In this document: positions 46,625 through 60,835 of the stretch, piece by piece
Numbering within the stretch: position 1 is the stretch's first letter
Layout of the letters: each line of letters starts with the position of its first letter
NCBI GenBank assembly: GCA_963745235.1
Contig: CAVUXE010000057.1
Span: 15,565-79,564, forward strand
Direction: 5' to 3'
Source of the DNA: an uncultured Spirochaetota bacterium
GTDB taxonomy: Bacteria > Spirochaetota > Spirochaetia > SZUA-6 > Fen-1364
Length of the DNA: 64,000 nt
Made by a program: the position numbers and the translations under genes
The notes under the pieces: generated by a model
What the model saw: the letters and a program-made list of their open reading frames with translations, nothing else
The model's database searches: none
Told to the model about the DNA's origin: nothing

Positions 46625-47061
46625 GGAGGGTCCTCTTCAGGGGCGGTGCGGTCCCGCGGCTCACTTTCGCGCGTCCCTGCGCTCGTTCGCCCTTCGCCGT
46701 CCGTGGCCAGGGGCTCACTCTCGCGCGTCCCTGCGCTCGTTCGCCCTTCGCCATCCGTGGCGAGGGGGGTGTGCATCAGCAAGTCGTCATCAATGCGGCT
46801 GATAAGCCTTTCCGCCACGCTGTCTATCTCGGAGGACTCCTGCGGCTCGCGACCGTCCCGCAGCTTGAACATCTCGTCCGCAATGTTGAGCGCGGCAAGC
46901 ACGGCCACGGTGAGAGGCTCGGCAAAAGAGTAGCGCTTCCTGACTTCTTCGATCCTGGATTTGACGTACGCTGAAAGCCGGTTGAGGTGCTCGGTGCTTT
47001 CGTCTGACTGGATGACGAAGGAGGCTCCAAGCACGTCGATTCTGAGCTGACGCTTCTCCAT
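46615..47061 (-). CDS. zapA: Cell division protein ZapA with a repeat-derived tail
   Basis: IDVLGASF..HLNRLSAYV..AVLAALNIADE; follows a zapB-like gene. Confidence 0.85.
   Translation of the reverse strand: MEKRQLRIDVLGASFVIQSDESTEHLNRLSAYVKSRIEEVRKRYSFAEPLTVAVLAALNIADEMFKLRDGREPQESSEIDSVAERLISRIDDDLLMHTPLATDGEGRTSAGTRESEPLATDGEGRTSAGTRESEPRDRTAPEEDPPQS
46658..46765 (-). repeat. 54-bp tandem duplication carrying four CANGGANG hairpins
   Basis: Unit CCTCGCCACGGATGGCGAAGGGCGAACGAGCGCAGGGACGCGCGAGAGTGAGCC twice with 3 mismatches; encodes PLATDGEGRTSAGTRESE twice. Confidence 0.93.
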
Positions 47062-47073
47062 GACCGTCCCTGC

Positions 47074-47430
47074 TTAGAAGATGTCCAGCTCTTCCTTCTT
47101 CGGCTCAGTCTCGGTCCGCTCGGAGGGAGGACGCTGCGGGGGCGCTGCTTCCTCAGGAGTCTGCCGCCTGCCGTTGTTCTCAGGCTTCCTGGCAGTGGTT
47201 GCGGCTTCTTCCAGCTCATCCAGGTGCTGCAGGGTCCGCACGATCACGGACTCGATCTCGCGCTGGTCCGTCTTGAATCCGTCCACAAGAGACTCCAGCT
47301 CCTTCATCCGCTTCTGCGCGGACTCAAGCCCCTTGCGGAGCGTGGAGTTCTCCTCTTTCAGCACCCGGATGAGTTCGATGGCTCGAGTGATCTTGCCTTC
47401 CAGCAGCCTGATCTGCTCGAGGGTGATCAT
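47074..47430 (-). CDS. zapB: ZapB-like coiled-coil cell division protein
   Basis: [28 protein letters not shown]; ATGA overlap with the rplT stop; upstream of zapA. Confidence 0.75.
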   Translation of the reverse strand: MITLEQIRLLEGKITRAIELIRVLKEENSTLRKGLESAQKRMKELESLVDGFKTDQREIESVIVRTLQHLDELEEAATTARKPENNGRRQTPEEAAPPQRPPSERTETEPKKEELDIF

Positions 47431-47813
47431 TTTCCGGCGCTCACCGCTGCAGCAGCTGCCGGGAGGGCTTCCTTCGCCCTGGCAATGAGAGCCTTGAAGG
47501 CAATGGGATCCTCGATAGCCATGTTGGAAAGCGCCTTGCGGTTGAGAACGACGTTTGCTTCCCGCAGCCCGTGCATGAACTGCGAATAGGTGATGCCTTC
47601 GGGGCGAACCGCTGCGGAAATGCGCGTGATCCACAGTCTGCGAAACTCGCCTTTCCGTCTCTTGCGGTCCCGATACGAGGCAGCCAGCCCTTTCATGACC
47701 GCTTCCTTCGCGGTCTTGAAGAGCCTGCTCCTGCCTCCCCAGTAGCCCTTGGCGAGCTTCATTATCTTGCGTCGGCGTTCGCGCCTCCGCGTACCGTTTT
47801 TCGACCTCGGCAT
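47427..47813 (-). CDS. rplT: 50S ribosomal protein L20
   Basis: [39 protein letters not shown]. Confidence 0.97.
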   Translation of the reverse strand: MPRSKNGTRRRERRRKIMKLAKGYWGGRSRLFKTAKEAVMKGLAASYRDRKRRKGEFRRLWITRISAAVRPEGITYSQFMHGLREANVVLNRKALSNMAIEDPIAFKALIARAKEALPAAAAAVSAGK

Positions 47814-47831
47814 GGATCAGGTTCTCCTCTT

Positions 47832-48039
47832 TCAGTACTTGCCCGGCGTACGGCATGAGCTTCTTGACGCGCTTCTGCTCGACAGAGCTGAGCGTGGCGG
47901 GAAGGCGCAGGCGTCTCTTCCTCTTGGCGTTCTTCTTGGTGAGGATATGGCGCAGGCCCTGCTTCTTGTAGCGCACCTTTCCCGTGCCGGTGACATGGTA
48001 GCGCTTGGCCGCGGCTTTCTTCGTCTTCATCTTGGGCAT
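47832..48039 (-). CDS. rpmI: 50S ribosomal protein L35 (one extra base hides the stop)
   Basis: [24 protein letters not shown]; removing one G gives MPYAGKY* with TGA at 47832-47834. Confidence 0.93.
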
Positions 48040-48042
48040 TGT

Positions 48043-48573
48043 CTATCCTTTCTTGGCCTTGGTTCCCTTTGGGTTCAGGAGGATCGACATCGTTCGACCT
48101 TCCATCTGGGCGGGCTTCTCCACGAGGAAGGAGTCTCCGAGCATCTCCAGGATCTTGTCCAGTACATCCTTGCCGAGCTCCGTGTGCGCAAGCTCACGGC
48201 CGCGGAAGCGGACCGTCACCTTGACCTTGTTCCCCTCATCGAGGAACTCGCGCACATGTCGCGTTTTGAACTCCAGGTCATGCCCGTCGATTTTCGGCTG
48301 CATCCGGATCTCTTTGATCCGGATCTGCTTCTGGTGCTTCTTTGACTCCCGGCTCTTCTTCTCGAGCTCGAACTTGTATTTTCCGTAATCGAGGAGCTTG
48401 CATACCGGCGGTTGGGCCTGCGGGGCTACTTCCACCAGATCCAGCCCGCCTTCCCTTGCCATCTGGAGGGCTTCGAACGTCGGCACGATGCCTTTCTGGT
48501 TGCCATCCGCGTCGATCAAACGCACTTCGCGGACCCGAATGCCTTCATTGATCCTGAGATCCTTTTCGGCCAA
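48043..48573 (-). CDS. infC: Translation initiation factor IF-3 (non-ATG start)
   Basis: [35 protein letters not shown]; AAGGAGGT-ATA-TTG start region. Confidence 0.96.
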   Translation of the reverse strand: MAEKDLRINEGIRVREVRLIDADGNQKGIVPTFEALQMAREGGLDLVEVAPQAQPPVCKLLDYGKYKFELEKKSRESKKHQKQIRIKEIRMQPKIDGHDLEFKTRHVREFLDEGNKVKVTVRFRGRELAHTELGKDVLDKILEMLGDSFLVEKPAQMEGRTMSILLNPKGTKAKKG

Positions 48574-48674
48574 TATACCTCCTTCCCACGATATGGGGAT
48601 TTCGCCGACTATATCACCGGGCCAGAAAAAGGTCAAACGGCCTTTGCCGCGGTGCCGCCCTTCGACCTGCGTGT

Positions 48675-51600
48675 CTAGAGGTTGTCCAGAAGTGCGTTCC
48701 ACCTGTCCTGCAAGTACTTTTTGAAGTCGTACTCCAGGCGGTAGTCAGGAGCAAGCTCTTCGACGAACCGTGTGAGGTCGGAAAACACGGACTCCAGCTG
48801 TGACACCAGCTCTGCCTGCTCTCTCTTCTCGGGTGGCGCCTGGAAGCTTGGAACGAACATGGACTCCTTCAGCTTCTCAAGCGAGGCATCCCGGGCGTCT
48901 GCTCCTTCGGCGTTCTTCAGGATGTCGCTCGGGTTCTTGGTGACTTCCTTCGCTACATACGCCATGATGGGGTCCTTGATCCCCTTGGCGTTAACCTTTC
49001 CCATGCTCGTGCATCGCACGTACTCATGGACCTCTTCGAATGTTCCCTGCGTGAGAACGACGTCTCCCTTGCCCGCGACACTCTGCATTCGCGAGGCGAC
49101 ATTCACCGTCTCCCCGAAGATGTCGTTGTCCCGCCTGATCACCGGACCCGTGTTCAGGCCGACCCTCGCTTCGAACTTCTCCTGCTCGACGCGCACAGCG
49201 CTGTAGTCACGGATCTTTTTCTGGATCTCCAGGGCGGCGATGGTGGCGGTGTAGGGAGTCTTGAACACCGCGAGAATTCCGTCCCCCATCTTCTTGACGA
49301 TAGAGCCCCGGTTTGCGGCTATGGTGGAGGTAACGATCTCCTCGAACGCCTTTATGATTTTTATCAGGATTGACATGTCGAGCCGTGTGGACTTTTCCGT
49401 GGAGTCGGCGATATCCACGAAAAGGACCGTCAGTTCCTGCGTGTGCTCGCGTTTGAACTTGAACTCGATTTTGCCCTGACCAAGGCTGCTCTCCACCGGA
49501 GCGAGGGGCGCGGCGGCGGGCTCACCCGGTTGTGACCTGCCGCCGGGCAGTGCCTTGAGGAGCGACACGAGCCGCTGGCGTATGTCCTCCGCGAATCCCC
49601 CCTGGCTCAGATCCGGGAGGAGCCTGCGGAGCGCTTCCTGCACGGGCACGTTTTCCAACAGGATCGCATCCAGCACGATATCGAAAGTTTCCCGTGAGAT
49701 GGGCTTGGAAATCGAGGAAAGAACCTCCGCGATGACCTTGTGGTCTCCGGCCTGCACGAAGTCCTTCAGGACCTGGGCCGCATAGTCGTCTCCAATGGCA
49801 AGGAGGGCCAGGAGCGCCTCGACTGTCACGCCTTCGTCAGGGTCTTCCAGCAGTACGTACAGTCGATTCGTGACGACATCCGAGGTGGCCCCTTCCGTGC
49901 CCGTGCTGATTGCCTTGAGGAGTCGAATGCCGACCTTCCTTCCCGCAGGCGTTCCATGGCTGGTCAGGTCAATAGCCTGGTGCTCGATGGCTGGGTCCAT
50001 GTTCGTGCACAGGATGTCCCCCACCCGAAGCTTCAGAGCCTCATCAACGTCTTTCACGTCCACGATGCGAAGGAGCGGCGGGAGAAGTTTCTTTGACTCC
50101 ATGAGGCCGTTCTTCTTCTGATCCCCCTCTCCTTTTTGCATCTTCTCCAGGGTCTCTACCACGAGCGCCCGGGAAAGGGGGTTGAGGGAAGGGACCAGGA
50201 GGACCTGGGTGAGCGGACCTATCATTATTCGCGGGGGAATGAAGCGGGCGCCGCGAATGTAGCCGTTGAGAGATCGGATGTTCTTTCCCGGCTCCGGAAG
50301 TACTTCTGTGACTGTTCGATGATGGACCTGGTCAGGAGCTGGCAGAGCGTGACAACGCTTGTCTCTTCGAGGAAGTAGACGCGCTCCACGCGTGCGAAGT
50401 CCAGGATGTCCTGGATTCTCTTGGAAGCGGACCGTATCTCCAGCGCTCCGGCGACCCTGATGAGGCGATTGAGCCGTCGGATGTAGAACGGCCTGTTGAG
50501 GTCCACCTTGGTGAGCTGCGATACCACGAGCAGCTTGTCTTTCTTCTCCGTGAGCGTGAAGAGGGGGACGCAGGCCTCCAGCCGGTTCAGGTCCTCCTTT
50601 GGCGCGGAGGACAGCAGGCTGCGCACCTGGGCGAGGGGCGGGGTCCGCGCGGTGAATCCGTCCTCCTTGAAGAAGGCCATGACATCCGCCAGAAGCGTTG
50701 GAGTGGCATACTTCTCCAATATGGTCGCAAAGACCGTCGCCAGAAGGACTTCCTTGTTGGTGATGCCTGCCAGTGATATGTAGTTCTTTCTCACCTTGGC
50801 AAACACGTTGTCCAGATGGGCTGATGCGACAACGGAGAACTCACTCAGGAGGTGGGGTGAGGCGCTTTTCACCTCGACCACGACCTTCTTCAGAAAGTCC
50901 CCGATGAGGGCTTCCGTCTCTGCGTCCACGTACGGGCAGATGAGAAGCAGGCGGAACACCCGTGTGGGGAACCTGAGCCGGCCCTGGAAATCTCTGAGGC
51001 AGCACAGGAACGAGTGAAGCGTTTGCCGCGAAGACCTCTGGAGCGTTTCCAGAACGTAGTTCGGCCGGGGATTCTTCGCCTTCAGCGTGTGCAGGCACAG
51101 GTATGCGCCAAGGGCAACGGGAGACAGCGAGCGCTCGTCCAGCGCAACCACCTCCTGGCTGCCGGACTGGAGCATCCTGTTCAGGGCGGCTTCCTGGACT
51201 CCCGAGGATACCTTGGGAAGAGTTTCCACCAGAACCGCGTACTTTTCCGTGTCCACCAGTGATTCCGCTGCAACTCGCCGTACAGCGTCGCTTTGCTTCC
51301 CGTCGGAATAGACGGCCTGGTTGAGCTCCAGGACCTGGAGCCCGGAGGGTGCGATGGTGTTGATGGCCCGCAGGATCTGGCTGCGAACGTCCTCTTCGGG
51401 GAAGTGGTTGAAGTACTTGATCAGCTGGGCCACCGAGGAGGGAGCGCGGATGCCGGCAAGCGCCTCGATGGCCGCAATGCGCTGCGTCTTTCTCCCGCGC
51501 TCGATGATCTGGTAGAGGTGGGGGATGGCTATCTCATTCCCGAGGGAGCCCGAAGCGCCGATTGCGGCTTCGCTCACTCCCATGTCAGAGTTGTAGAACT

Positions 51601-51721
51601 CCTTCACGAGCAGGGTGAAAATCTCCTCCTCGTAGTAGTTCTTGAGCAGCTTCAGTGCGGTAATCTTGCCTTCGCGGCCGAGCCCGCCGGAAGTCTTGGT
51701 TGCGCCAGGTTTTTGCATCAT
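48675..51721 (-). CDS. HEAT-repeat protein with a C-terminal class III adenylate cyclase (one gene, 1-nt deletion near 50295)
   Basis: HEAT motifs ([39 protein letters not shown]); cyclase motifs [35 protein letters not shown]. Restoring one G gives a continuous [32 protein letters not shown]. Confidence 0.82.
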
Positions 51722-51842
51722 TCCGGACACGATTGCTCTTCCGTGACACTCCCTGCTGTCACTGTTCATCGTACAGCGCGCAGACGCCAAAGTCAATTGG
51801 GACCGTTGCCAGCGTCTGAACTTTTATCATATAGTCGTGCGC

Positions 51843-52826
51843 ATGCATCCCCGCCGCCTCGCCGCAGCCTCGTCCCTTGTCCTGTGCGCCGCTCTCCTCG
51901 TCACGGGTTGCGTCACCTCGCAGAGCGGGAAGCAGATCGCATCGGATTACTACAACATCGGCAACGCCTTCTTCGACCTTGGCCAGTTCGACAAGGCAAT
52001 CCAGTACTACCAGGACGCCCTCCGTGTCGACCCCAGCATGGTCAAAGCGGACTACAACCTCGCGCTCACCCTGATCCGTCTGAAGCGAAGCGAGGAGGCT
52101 GTGACTATCCTCAAACGCCTCCTGATGAGCGATCCCAAGAACACGACGCTGATGGCCGCACTCGGCTGGGCTTACCACCAGCTGGGCAGGGACAAGGAGG
52201 CCCTTGACCAATACGAGGCTCTCCTCGCTCTTTCCCCGGCGGACCAGAATGCCCTGTACGACAGCGGCATCATTCTGTGGAAGCTCGGCAGAAAGGAGGA
52301 CGCGCTGGCGCGCTTCCGCAAGGTGCTTGCCTTCGCGCCCGACGACACGGATGCGCTTTTTGCCGCAGGGTCCATCCTCCTCTCCCTTGACCAGGCCAGC
52401 GACTCGGCGGACATGCTGTCACGGTATATCGAGAAGAAGCCTGATGACATTGACGCGTGGTACCTGATCGCGGCGGGAGCCGAAAGGCAAAAAAAGTACT
52501 CGCGTGCGCTGGAGGCCTTCGACAAGATCATTTCCATAGATGGAAAACAGGCAAACGCCTGGTTCGGGGAAGCGCGTCTCCTTCTGACCGTGGTAGAGGA
52601 CCCGCAGAAGGGGCTGGATTCGCTGGACAAGGCACTCGCCTCGGGCTTCAAGGACAAGGATGCCGTGAAGCTTCTTCTTTCCTCACCGCAGCTCCTGGAA
52701 AAGGGCAAGGTCGAACAGGCGTTCAAGGAACACGACCTGCTTCCCGAGGAGCCGCAGAAATCCCAGCCTGCGGAGGCTCTCCAGAAGCCCCAGCAGCCAG
52801 AAGTGCCTTCGAAACCGCAACAGTAG
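51843..52826 (+). CDS. TPR-repeat lipoprotein
   Basis: Lipobox-like LLVTG-C; about 7 TPRs (YYNIGNAFFDLGQFDKAIQYYQDAL). Confidence 0.85.
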   Translation: MHPRRLAAASSLVLCAALLVTGCVTSQSGKQIASDYYNIGNAFFDLGQFDKAIQYYQDALRVDPSMVKADYNLALTLIRLKRSEEAVTILKRLLMSDPKNTTLMAALGWAYHQLGRDKEALDQYEALLALSPADQNALYDSGIILWKLGRKEDALARFRKVLAFAPDDTDALFAAGSILLSLDQASDSADMLSRYIEKKPDDIDAWYLIAAGAERQKKYSRALEAFDKIISIDGKQANAWFGEARLLLTVVEDPQKGLDSLDKALASGFKDKDAVKLLLSSPQLLEKGKVEQAFKEHDLLPEEPQKSQPAEALQKPQQPEVPSKPQQ

Positions 52827-52839
52827 CGAGGACAGGCCC

Positions 52840-53475
52840 TTACTTCGGCTTCCCGAGGGCCTTGCGGATCTGGACCAGCGTATCCTCCGGTGACTTCGAT
52901 GAATCGATGTCCCGCAGCAGCTCTTTCTTTCTATAGTAATTTATGAGAGGTTCTGTTTGCTTCTTGTAGACGTCCAGCCTGTTGGTGATGGATTCCAGGG
53001 TATCATCCGGACGGGTGTAGAGAGGGCCGCCGCACCTGTCACATACGCCTTTGACCTTGGAGGGCATGTTCTTCACGTGGTAGATGGCGCCGCAGTTCTT
53101 GCATACCTCGCGCCCCGAGAGCCTTTCAATGACGATTGCGTCACTGATGGTGAAGTTCACGACCGCGCCTATTCCCTGGAACTCCCCGAGCGCTTCAGCC
53201 TGTGGGATGGTACGGGGAAAGCCGTCCAGGATGTAGCCGCTGCCCGCATCCGGCTGGCCGAGTCTCTCCCGGACAAGGCTGACGGTCAGCTCGTCGGGAA
53301 CCAGGTCTCCTCTCCCGACGATCTCCTTCACCTTCTTCCCGAGCTCAGTCTCCCGCTTGATTGCGTCACGGAAGATGTCCCCCGTGGAGATCTGGGGGAT
53401 GCCGTACTCCTTGCTGACAAGTCCAGCCAGCGTGCCTTTGCCCGCACCGGGGGGGCCGAGAAAGATCAGATTCAT
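52840..53475 (-). CDS. adk: Adenylate kinase (Zn-lid type)
   Basis: LGPPGAGKGT, ISTGDIFR, LDGFPRT, CKNC..CDRC lid. Confidence 0.97.
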   Translation of the reverse strand: MNLIFLGPPGAGKGTLAGLVSKEYGIPQISTGDIFRDAIKRETELGKKVKEIVGRGDLVPDELTVSLVRERLGQPDAGSGYILDGFPRTIPQAEALGEFQGIGAVVNFTISDAIVIERLSGREVCKNCGAIYHVKNMPSKVKGVCDRCGGPLYTRPDDTLESITNRLDVYKKQTEPLINYYRKKELLRDIDSSKSPEDTLVQIRKALGKPK

Positions 53476-53481
53476 TCTTCT

Positions 53482-53721
53482 TTACACCTCTGCCACGACA
53501 GTCACCGGCTCGGGACCATACTTCCTGAGTATCTGATACCTGGTCGTGCAGTCCTTCGAGCAGTGTTCGTCGTCAAATCCCTTGCCGCGCGGGAAATACT
53601 TCCCGCAATTGATGCATGATGCGTAGAGTCGGGTGCACTCTTCAGCACAGTACCCACGCGCCACGACGGCGCCCGCTGTGACATATTTCCCGCATGTTCG
53701 GCAGGTGATGAAATGCGTCAT
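53482..53721 (-). CDS. Small protein with two C4 zinc-finger repeats
   Basis: CRTCGKY..YCAEEC and CINCGKY..HCSKDC; ATGA overlap with ahcY; ends 6 nt before the adk start. Confidence 0.75.
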   Translation of the reverse strand: MTHFITCRTCGKYVTAGAVVARGYCAEECTRLYASCINCGKYFPRGKGFDDEHCSKDCTTRYQILRKYGPEPVTVVAEV

Positions 53722-54974
53722 GTCCCGCTCGCAAAATCCTTGAGATAGGCAACCTGGGCCGGGGTGAGGGTGTCGATTCTCTTGCCCATGGTTGCAAGCT
53801 TCACCGACGCGATCTCGCAGTCCTGCGCCCTGTCTATGGTGTACACTTTTTTCTCCATGGACGCCCCTTCGCGGGCGAGTCGAACCAGGGAGAGGAACTG
53901 GTTTGCGAAGGACATGTCCATGACTTCGGAGGGATGCCCTTCGGCCGCCGCCAGGTTGACGAGCCTGCCCTTGGCCAGCAGATAGACTCTGCGGCCGTCC
54001 TTCAGGGTGTATTCCTCGTTGTTCGCGCGGACGTCGCGAACCGATTTCGCCTGCGAGGCGAGATCAGGGATGTTGATCTCGCAATCGTAATGTCCCGTAT
54101 TGCAGACCACGGCGCCGTCCTTCATCCTCTCGAAGTGCCGCTTGACGATGACGTCCTTTACTCCCGTTGCGGTGATGAAAACGTCCCCCGCCGCCGCTGC
54201 TTCGTCCATGGGCATGACCTCGAAGCCATCCATCGTGGCCCGCAGCGCCACGACGGGATCCACTTCGGTGACTATGACATGCGCCCCCATTCCGCGCGCC
54301 CGTGTTGCCACGCCGCGGCCGCAGTGGCCGTATCCGGCAACGACGAAGTTCTTGCCGGCCAGCAGAATGGAGGTGGCGCGCAGGATGCCATCGACGGACG
54401 ACTGCCCCGTGCCATAGACGTTGTCGAAGTCAGATTTGGTCTCCGCGTCGTTGACGGCGATCACCGGATACAGGAGCTTGCCGGCGTCACCCATGGCGCG
54501 CAGGCGATGCACGCCCGTGGTGGTTTCCTCTGTTCCGCCGAGGATGCCTTTTGCCAGGTCCGTGCGGGTGCTGTGAACGCGGAAGATGAGGTCCGCACCG
54601 TCATCCAGCGTAAGGGTCGGCTTGAGCTCAAGCGTCTTGTCGATGGCCCAATAGAACTCCTCCCGCGACTGCCCGTGCCAGGCGTAGATGGACAACCCGT
54701 CCGCGGCGAGGGCCGCCGCCACATCGTCCTGCGTGGACAGCGGATTGCATCCCGACCAGGAGATCTCCGCCCCTGCCGCGACAAGGGTCTTCACGAGGAC
54801 TGCTGTTTCCTTGGTGACGTGAAGGCATCCGGCAACGCGCATGCCCTTCAGGGATTGTGCGCCTGCGTGCTTCTCTCTCAGGGCCATGAGCACGGGCATG
54901 CGGGATTCAGCCCATTCGATCCTGAGCTTTCCCGCTGTTGCCAGCCCCATGTCCCTGACTTTACTGTTCTGCAT
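53718..54974 (-). CDS. ahcY: Adenosylhomocysteinase
   Basis: CLHVTKET, GCNPLSTQD, LDDGAD, EETTTG, GYGHCGRG, GRLVNLAAAEGHP. Confidence 0.97.
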   Translation of the reverse strand: MQNSKVRDMGLATAGKLRIEWAESRMPVLMALREKHAGAQSLKGMRVAGCLHVTKETAVLVKTLVAAGAEISWSGCNPLSTQDDVAAALAADGLSIYAWHGQSREEFYWAIDKTLELKPTLTLDDGADLIFRVHSTRTDLAKGILGGTEETTTGVHRLRAMGDAGKLLYPVIAVNDAETKSDFDNVYGTGQSSVDGILRATSILLAGKNFVVAGYGHCGRGVATRARGMGAHVIVTEVDPVVALRATMDGFEVMPMDEAAAAGDVFITATGVKDVIVKRHFERMKDGAVVCNTGHYDCEINIPDLASQAKSVRDVRANNEEYTLKDGRRVYLLAKGRLVNLAAAEGHPSEVMDMSFANQFLSLVRLAREGASMEKKVYTIDRAQDCEIASVKLATMGKRIDTLTPAQVAYLKDFASGT

Positions 54975-55094
54975 CCGCGCTCCTTTTCCTCTAGGGATAG
55001 TAGTGACCGCAATGGGCGGAGTCAAGGATCGGGCTTGCGGACTGCTCGAGCTGTTTTTTTCTGCGAAAATTATTGGCGAAATTTCCCGGGACTA

Positions 55095-55123
55095 TTGACA
55101 CGTTCCGGAAATGAGTATATAAA
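55095..55123 (+). promoter_or_regulatory. rRNA operon sigma70 promoter
   Basis: TTGACA-17-TATAAA with an AT-rich upstream tract; boxA-like GGTTTTTGACA near 55224 and GATCTTTGACA near 57272. Confidence 0.8.
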
Positions 55124-55344
55124 ACCACCTTGCCTCAAGGGAGAACGGCTCGAGTCTGAAAAGGGCATCCGCCCCGTGGGCTCGGTCGTCTGAGCCTTTG
55201 AGTGGCGCCGCAAGGCGTCGGCTGGTTTTTGACAGTCAAGGGAAGGGGAGAAAGAGGTCAGCTTCTTCCGAGCTTCGGCGCGGAAGTAAGTGAGAGCGGG
55301 TCAACAAGATAGATAAAAGATCCTCCCGCAAGGGAGGGTTGTAT

Positions 55345-56894
<1,550 letters not shown>

Positions 56895-57026
56895 GAGAAA
56901 CGTGGCCTTCGCGAAAGCGGGGCCGCACAACTCGCTCTCCCTCAAACTCTCCTCCCTTTTCTGTATAGCGCCAGCCGCGGACGTGGTCGGTGATGCCGTC
57001 TTCACTGCGGCGACTGTCCAACACTT

Positions 57027-57107
57027 GGGGCTGTAGCTCAGATGGTTAGAGCGGCGCCTGATAAGCATAGGTGGTTAGTTCAACTCTCCATACCTCCAGG
57101 CCCACGA
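57027..57107 (+). pseudogene. Degenerate tRNA-Ile(GAT) in the 16S-23S spacer
   Basis: Intact D-arm TAGCTCAGATGGTTAGAGC and CTGATAA anticodon loop; anticodon stem and T-stem do not pair, acceptor stem has a mismatch, ends ACGA instead of ACCA. Confidence 0.7.
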
Positions 57108-57153
57108 GCGGCGATCGAGCGCGCTGAACATCCGCGGATGACTGCGTGAGAAC

Positions 57154-57268
57154 CTCACAGAGTACCGTGAGAGAACCTCACAGGGTACTGTGAGAGTGTC
57201 GACGAGCACTTCGTGCTTATCGACAATCCCGCGGAGTACCGCGGGAGAACCTCACGGAGTACTGTGAG
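57154..57268 (+). repeat. Four hairpin repeats in the ITS (two pairs, 23-bp period)
   Basis: CTCACAG-AGTA-CCGTGAG, CTCACAG-GGTA-CTGTGAG, CCCGCGG-AGTA-CCGCGGG, CTCACGG-AGTA-CTGTGAG; each pair joined by AGAAC. Confidence 0.88.
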
Positions 57269-57502
57269 AGGGATCTTTGACAACTCAAGGGAAGGAAGAA
57301 CGAGGAGCGCAGTGTCTGTCCATTTGGCACCGGAAAGACGCTGCGAGAGCACGCGGTCGAGGTCGGACCTGAGGATCGAACCGCTGAGCAAGTCAGCGCC
57401 AGACGATGGGGTCGCGAGCGACAGATCGCCACGGGGAAACTCCGCGAATACGCGGAAGCCGTGCGAGAATCCCACGGAAATACCGTGGGAGAGGGAAAAT
57501 AT

Positions 57503-60505
<3,003 letters not shown>

Positions 60506-60720
60506 TATTTTCCCCCTCACAATTGCTCCTGCAATTGTGGGGAAGGCTTTGGGCGGCAATCGCTGGAGCGCCGAACCCCACGGGATACCGTGGGAGGGCG
60601 CGAAACAGCGAGAGCGCGACACCCACTGCTGGCCCTTATTGGGCATGCTCTTTCCTCTTCGTTCTTTCCCCTTGCCGCGGCCTCCCCACGGGTTGCTGCG
60701 GATGACGTTGGCAAAATATT

Positions 60721-60835
<115 letters not shown>

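Noticed and set aside
46658-46765. zapA 54-bp duplication as a CRISPR or mini-array
   Set aside because: Two directly abutting copies with no spacer.
47074-48039. 321-aa L35-ZapB fusion ORF reading through rplT in another frame
   Set aside because: Removing one G restores a normal L35 stop at 47832-47834, and zapB has its own ATGA-coupled start.
48675-52826. Cyclase as a Pycsar/CBASS-type defence system
   Set aside because: The specificity residues point to ATP, no cNMP-binding, TIR or TM effector is adjacent, and the context is housekeeping.
57154-57268. ITS repeats as a CRISPR array
   Set aside because: Units are 18-bp hairpins with 5-bp constant linkers, there are no regular unique spacers, and no cas genes are present.
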